DNA of 60,206 nt from a virus, in the IMG/VR virus record IMGVR_UViG_3300009965_000007, positions 1 through 60,206 of that record, one strand, 5' to 3'. The number at the start of each line of letters is the position of its first letter. Position 1 is the first letter of the stretch. The notes below the pieces were generated by a model. That model was not told the DNA's origin, did not search any database, and saw only the letters and a list, made by a program, of their open reading frames with translations. Made by a program: the position numbers and the translations under genes. Of this stretch, positions 58,001 through 60,206 are shown in pieces.

Positions 58001-60206
58001 ATAGTAGGCAATAGTCTGTCAGATGAAGAAAAGAAGATTGTCGAAACTGCAAAGGCAAACGACACTTATATGAAAGCACCTAACGGCAAGCCTACCAATC
58101 TTAGCGAAAAGCAGTGGACACAAGTAAGAACCACAGCTTTCAAAAACTGGTTCGGAGACTGGGAAAAAGCTGCACGCATAGAAAAGGTGCGCAGGAGCAA
58201 AGCTGTCGTTATTAGTGGCAGCGAATACAAAGACAAATATGAACTAAACAGAGACAGTGCCAAAGAATGGATAAAAGATAATCTACGGGGGGAATATACC
58301 ATTGCTGATACAGAAGAAATAGTTAGCCTTACCAAAGTTGGAGCAAATAAGGTAACTTCACACGGAATGAGCAACAAAGCTCATCTTCAGTCAATTGCGG
58401 CTATTCCACAATTGATACGGAATGCTATATTTATAGAAGAACGTCCTAACGAAAAGCATAATAATAAATACGACAGTTACAAATATTATATTTGCGGATT
58501 AAAAATTGGCACAACTGACTATACCGTAAAGCTGACTATTGGAGTAAAGAGTGGAAAAAAGTATTACGACCACGCTTTGACAGAGATTGAAAAAGGGAAA
58601 CTGCTTGACCGTATTAACGACCAAGCAGACAAAAAAGGCTTTACAACAACTGGGGACGCACCTTTACAGTCTTATGCCCTTTCTATTGGCAAAGATAGCA
58701 AGTTACTTTCAATCCTCCAAACAAATTCATCAAAAGTTGTAGACGAGAACGGAGAGCCAATGGTGGTATACCACGGAACTTTGGCTGATGGCTTAAGGCA
58801 ATTCAGTACGGATTTTATAGGTAGCCGCTATAGTTACGATGAGAAAGGGTTCTTTTTTATAAGCAACAGGAAGATAGCTGATGATTATGCTGTTTCAGAA
58901 TTTGATGCAAGTCGCAGGGGAGAGGTGATAGATGCTTATGTAAGCTTAGGAAATCCTCTTGTTGTCAATTCGGAATGGTGCAGGAAGAATGGTCTTGGCA
59001 GTAATGTCTTCAAGGATAATGACGTTATAGAGTTCTGGGATAACTACCAATCGCTTATAGTGGAAGAGTCTGAACAAAACGACGGCGTGATTGTAACAGA
59101 TGGAGAAACGTCAATGGTTGTGGCTTTCTTCCCCAATCAAATAAAGAGTGCAACAGGCAATAACGGCAATTTCTCTACCACAGAAGACGATATCCTCTAC
59201 CGCACCGTCTTCGGTGGTAATAGTGGTTACGTAGGCTACTCAATGAGCAAACGTGCTGCAGAAGCTAAAGAAGAGGGCAGATATCCAAAAACTGAATTTA
59301 GAAGAGAATATCACATAACAGCAAAGTCGCTCGATATGCTAACAAGTCTTGGTTTCATTGACAATTCAGAATGGCATCATACCAGTATGTACGGCAACAA
59401 AACACCATTCTATGGCTGGACAGAAGATGAGTTTGCAGACGATTATCTCAAACACAAGAAAGAGGTAGACACACTCTGCAAAGGTATCGACCCTAAAACA
59501 AAACAGCCACTGTTAGAGAAAGTGGAGAAGCCACAGTACGAACACGAATATGAAATGCCACAATATGGCGAAGCAGAAACAGCCGCAAATCCAATTAGAG
59601 AGTGGAGACACAAGCAGATAGACAAATACGACCAGTTTACAGGCTTTAAAGGCTATGCAGATGCTACAGAAGAAGAAAAGAAAGAAAGAGACGCTTACTT
59701 GCATTCTCTCAACGAACAAATGGACGAGAAGATAAGAGAGATGTTAGCAAAAGACTATCCCGACTATCTTGCAGCAAAAAACGCCTTAGATGCTTATAAC
59801 AATTACGAGGAAGATTTACGCAAAGCAATAGGCGAACGCATAAAGGAATACTTAGACATTGACAAGTATAGCCAACGGTGGAGAGAACAAACCGCCACCA
59901 CACAGCCCACAGCCAATATAGAAACACTCACCAACCACGCAGAAAGTGTTGTGCAAAACTTACATCTTAACAACGTAGAAATAGTACCCGATGGCAGCAG
60001 CCTCAATGGCGAGCAAGCCACTGCAAAAGGTTTCTACAACAAGCGCACAGGTAAAATCGTAGTAGTGGCAAGCAACCACACCGACATTGCAGACATAGAG
60101 AAAACAGTACTCCACGAAGCAGTAGCGCATCACGGATTAAGAGAACTCTTTGGAGACAACTTCGACAACTTCCTCGACACCGTATTTGCAAAAGCCGACA
60201 TCGAAA
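49082..60206 (+). CDS. Giant polyvalent-type virion/ejection protein, N-terminal about 3,700 codons; the ORF leaves the window and continues at 128..3738
   Basis: Manual translation from ATG 49082, checked codon by codon over 49082-56100 and by eye beyond, showed no stop. The track lists no + ORF at 49066-60206, which is expected only if this ORF never closes in the window. Confidence 0.85.
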   Translation, partial: MPDIKNNIKVIYNALAKEGYNDLGSEQEFAENMADENNRKLVYNTLKGKEFADVKDYDSFSNMVYQQPRAEQQQEEEIKPVKPAKIDPRFVAPNVGKPTDAQPIMKSVQQDTGFAAPQDYNSQNAFLSNVDKDYNVASHIPDAQQPIKMYGADSNLGEVIDNLYTVYDEAYKKDNPKKIAEAANMARSMGLDNEQAEKALTLVHGLYSQNIANNIADYMYSRMNNGDPLYALKEVYYDKDFQKKLKDTTTRLGLDNTQGFVEYYLKPALQRKLENERGFTDTVNFGVQSGSDDVAKNTEVFEKRKAEEDLLQKQVDAMNAEGKRIEEKGQQMYDPNYKDRPWWADLIPVEGGGRSAYDEAEGIKRNPEAEELMRTGQAMQRMADDAQAAISEDNILRTRKTDGLTNQIKNAFGRILRGGAKTATDIRTWDFGFTDLKDATVIKAAADAYANNRATAAQKALLNAVALKNAVMGKHGDALGGLYGATGTTIQMAPYMMQFAASPVKGVGVGFQKYCRTQLEKAFGKYATEAVGKFVIKSGELAGRFVGDVAQGAAMTTIFNMPAVAADTHKRMTGDLEAATDSKGNIVYSGKRTNVKSGGRAFAEAFTAQTIENQSELFGEYLKPLANFTQKGAAKAMDKWGLSKTKDFLTGINNKQIMKSFNRFTKNTEWNGLFGEVGEVIVGNFENAFTVGDLNLNLDINDDNSVFSKKVNTDIILGVGLGCGIISGARVGSYIRNNRRLNTAIKDADSYADVIFGTDRWQQIKSEIDNAPDDKAGNLLQSYIDSEKLNKEQKQTIVDYTVNTYIKRGNDISHLKNAIEDNISSEQQEVQSAYENGQNARDAQMNEVKTSLDEAEKHAAELLGEDELNALDGVEDVDAFKESNAYKSYSEEQRETALKYIIARTAYNGMINRVQDEIKAAVNKANAEIDNLTHKDSGTIIRATLKNGDQEVYVVSGNVAMSPDGKSIDTEKSDNDIVVYNTESGKKEMLDIKDLQSVDTPIDAATYKANNAAETTQQIAETEAAKIDGVRNFHYNDTVKVQDKDGNLINGSVQDVTPDGIIVVSDAYPGGKTYTAEELTAMQPQQQTESSPTEAMLQTPEAPAATEQTESAANESTANEAPAQKESEVNSPQSEATPQQEETAEPQQQAIPTNEKGNLLYHEVPVERTIEDLYDGSLDDTEIADFISANIEAAQKEYNSVVKKVPKISTDKAKYLQEKQAYQEEVGKAKAKVDYWQAVENERQRITHTSPEELKNEEDELSGEAARKEYRGITTGDEENPTSVEDLVRDFLRGAKITPEDFRRETGLSISEQKKFVGMISKQGKTIARLSEELADYDEWNLGGRFFGGDNNAARGAIIDVLLSSRTRGDFKQQDATEEEERYIEAVEQQREQWYYENYHMTYEEYLQYREIVLPELLRKYANFAPDILYPQFVASFEDAYAAEHSQTNNTENNEQQRNDTTTEEPTTTPGDTVLQTEETNNSRGDSQSKEQPTEVPTGVRSSNENGTLPQSAPTEVDKQGNPLNADGTLKIEKVNSIDELTDKDFEEPYRNVELPTLPAKIDKAIDAKGKPVVIKKNIFLKNKSSHNFSNEQSRNILSNTLYNADLIGQTQPIKRPKHWVAIQISEKSPITVLEVNENKDNIEVVGWYTLDKRNLERIKRQAISEGGELLILSSKDKVESLSTPTDSLSSTDKVTQSSQTKQEKENKFSPTPRKDGESITDYAERVAEEHQAQRTRKEEEAKVDTNPTEAQKEAGNYKKGHIKVDGLNITIEQPKGSIRRGTDANGKQWESEMHNTYGYIRGTESVDGDHIDVYLSDNPTAGNVFVVDQINKDGSFDEHKVMYGFPDMESAKRAYLSNYEEGWQGLGSITEVKKEDFKKWIDSSKRKTKPFAEYTSVKTQDDVQTKKPTEENAAPANTETEENNAHNSEDIMHEQKNVQLQQAINAYENATKFYYQQLKEGKLDKVFESKQWKDVLRKQTELQKVLLQLNSEELKELLKQTSNEDTKKEIKGALDAVLRQEQRSIEYNAVLDKQEPITPIYKEEKKSIAVTEFVETDKKEAEIHPVLTGVYHDNGYVVGTNAHILLARKEDYNKSLEGKITNKKGEVIDGKYPNWRAVVEGETTTNSWGINLDELHAFVRGVLTKLKADGAKKSSIDSATIAFKDTDGKIIVCNAKTLDKALRGAKSIGATEFGNKSETFAHAQTKKGYVVCPTISTYHSINDNCFVYAPKEAARQQTTATLTNDTEAKQKATEAVLAALSKAGIEVVRATDEEVKALLSNPHATTLRTPQGTIYGWSVNGKIYLTEAGINPDTPIHEYTHLWAEAMMIKNKKGWDSIKALLKDNPIWNEVVADANYSNIADNEDAVASEVLSRISGKKNAAKMEEEAQRAIDEAKGVFEKARATTILTNLKKALNSLWKWVSKNIFDVKEFSSINEVTDKVLYDLIHGTKLINDKSLIGVHNISEQKLRKVLKQGGFANPSIAVIDTDKQVHNDYGEISLILPSRKVNKSTGKNVGTYEGDAWTPMYPIIEKQMSNDGNLIMHNDINSVPNEMQSEVRNALNRWLDNGSDTDLSYLYLFQQGKAPKMATVKPKYSNEVYKSLRDIMFGVDSVYNLTKGEVKKLVELYVQTELNGDIDEYNKANERRITKYKETIESGRTNSMYYKIAERNLEEVKKYGYPLSSLKTFADDVQRDKTKQGSKNVQKTLNAASQIIKDAGLEEDFRNWVEGLNNRYQTKEVIFDGFTPTGKRRYIPNTLENVSKLMKKQGRQASTGLGVSFSNFAASVMKANGSLANIRKKKSKLTNEHKDIENFEEKWKEVYFDLAMKLQPNASTFDDYGFTRLQEAALEADPQAFLSKEYGVTLSKEDVRKLQQMVKAIQEERPAMYFETKFERPVTLNEFSKAVVPEDLSDDLQKTLRDNGIEIFTYKRGDAEDRQKATQEAAYSSDDIAFQIISNGNNEANNDSDTRFQIVGNSLSDEEKKIVETAKANDTYMKAPNGKPTNLSEKQWTQVRTTAFKNWFGDWEKAARIEKVRRSKAVVISGSEYKDKYELNRDSAKEWIKDNLRGEYTIADTEEIVSLTKVGANKVTSHGMSNKAHLQSIAAIPQLIRNAIFIEERPNEKHNNKYDSYKYYICGLKIGTTDYTVKLTIGVKSGKKYYDHALTEIEKGKLLDRINDQADKKGFTTTGDAPLQSYALSIGKDSKLLSILQTNSSKVVDENGEPMVVYHGTLADGLRQFSTDFIGSRYSYDEKGFFFISNRKIADDYAVSEFDASRRGEVIDAYVSLGNPLVVNSEWCRKNGLGSNVFKDNDVIEFWDNYQSLIVEESEQNDGVIVTDGETSMVVAFFPNQIKSATGNNGNFSTTEDDILYRTVFGGNSGYVGYSMSKRAAEAKEEGRYPKTEFRREYHITAKSLDMLTSLGFIDNSEWHHTSMYGNKTPFYGWTEDEFADDYLKHKKEVDTLCKGIDPKTKQPLLEKVEKPQYEHEYEMPQYGEAETAANPIREWRHKQIDKYDQFTGFKGYADATEEEKKERDAYLHSLNEQMDEKIREMLAKDYPDYLAAKNALDAYNNYEEDLRKAIGERIKEYLDIDKYSQRWREQTATTQPTANIETLTNHAESVVQNLHLNNVEIVPDGSSLNGEQATAKGFYNKRTGKIVVVASNHTDIADIEKTVLHEAVAHHGLRELFGDNFDNFLDTVFAKADIE
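54347..54700 (+). other. Inorganic-pyrophosphatase-like domain within the giant ORF
   Basis: 'GNYKKGHIKVDGLNITIEQPKGSIRRG...MHNTYGYIRGTESVDGDHIDVYL'. Compare family I PPase '[20 protein letters not shown]'. Confidence 0.7.
55274..55730 (+). other. DnaN (beta-clamp)-like domain within the giant ORF
   Basis: 'HPVLTGVYHDNGYVVGTNAHILLA', 'KYPNWRAVV' (compare DnaN RFPDYRRVLP), and 'IVCNAKTLDKALRGA...GYVVCPT'. Confidence 0.45.
56033..56047 (+). other. HExxH zincin motif (HEYTH) within the giant ORF
   Basis: Context is 'GKIYLTEAGINPDTPIHEYTHLWAEAM'. Confidence 0.6.
58736..59205 (+). other. ADP-ribosyltransferase-like (ART-PolyVal-like) segment within the giant ORF
   Basis: 'VVDENGEPMVVYHGT...KGFFFISNRKIADDYA...VIDAYVSLGNPL...MVVAFFPNQIKSATGNNGNFS' resembles the polyvalent-protein ART family as I recall it. 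Confidence 0.5.
60080..60206. repeat. Terminal overlap copy 2 (identical to 1-127)
   Basis: Same 127-nt string as the window start. Confidence 0.95.
60113..60133 (+). other. His-rich HEAVAHH motif (also at 34-54), a possible second metallopeptidase-like site
   Basis: Context is 'KGFYNKRTGKIVVVASNHTDIADIEKTVLHEAVAHHGLRELFG'. Not a canonical HExxH. Confidence 0.35.

Noticed and set aside
49154-60191. About 45 minus-strand ORFs of 60-140 aa listed across 49.1-60.2 kb (for example 50842..51258 and 56152..56553).
   Set aside because: All lie antisense to the continuous + strand giant ORF and have low-complexity, Cys/Ser/Leu-rich translations typical of shadow ORFs. There is no operon logic or start context.
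1-60206. Possible alternative genetic code (stop-codon recoding), given a phage-encoded odd tRNA and an in-frame TAA at 16582.
   Set aside because: All large genes, including the 14.7-kb ORF, are open under the standard code. The tRNA-like gene shows a UAA (Leu) loop, not a suppressor anticodon. One in-frame stop is not enough evidence.

Overview
The window is a complete, circularly closed (or terminally redundant) temperate dsDNA phage genome. Bases 1-127 are identical to 60080-60206, so the unique length is 60,079 bp. Bacteroidetes-type TAnnTTTG -7 promoter boxes, mostly absent Shine-Dalgarno sites and a Bacteroidetes-style tyrosine integrase point to a Bacteroidales host. Modules in order: portal, convergent large terminase, scaffold, major capsid, fibre-like genes and a holin-like gene (3.8-17.2 kb, +); a minus-strand virion block with a 967-aa protein (17.3-21.8 kb); a 0.9-kb non-coding iteron/AT-rich region; integrase; an AT-rich block of small membrane or secreted 'moron' genes; a CI-like repressor divergent from a Cro-like gene; an excisionase-like gene; a 0.8-kb ORF-free structured region; an early operon (Rad50/SbcC-like ATPase, RecT-like, MBL-fold hydrolase, VRR-NUC, DnaD-like, DnaC-like, YopX, PAPS-reductase-like and many small ORFs); a minus-strand lysis cassette; and an ejection-protein operon. 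That operon ends in one ORF of about 14.7 kb (about 4,911 aa) that crosses the contig junction and looks like a 'polyvalent' injected protein (pyrophosphatase-like, ART-like, zincin-like and clamp-like segments). Other signals worth a second look: six structural/lysis promoters sharing TTAATACTTAA-N24-TAnnTTTG, a tRNA(Leu)-like gene interrupted by about 118 nt, two iteron arrays, a tRNA 3'-end-like fragment, and two structural ORFs separated only by an in-frame TAA. All product calls rest on motif recognition by eye, not on database searches.
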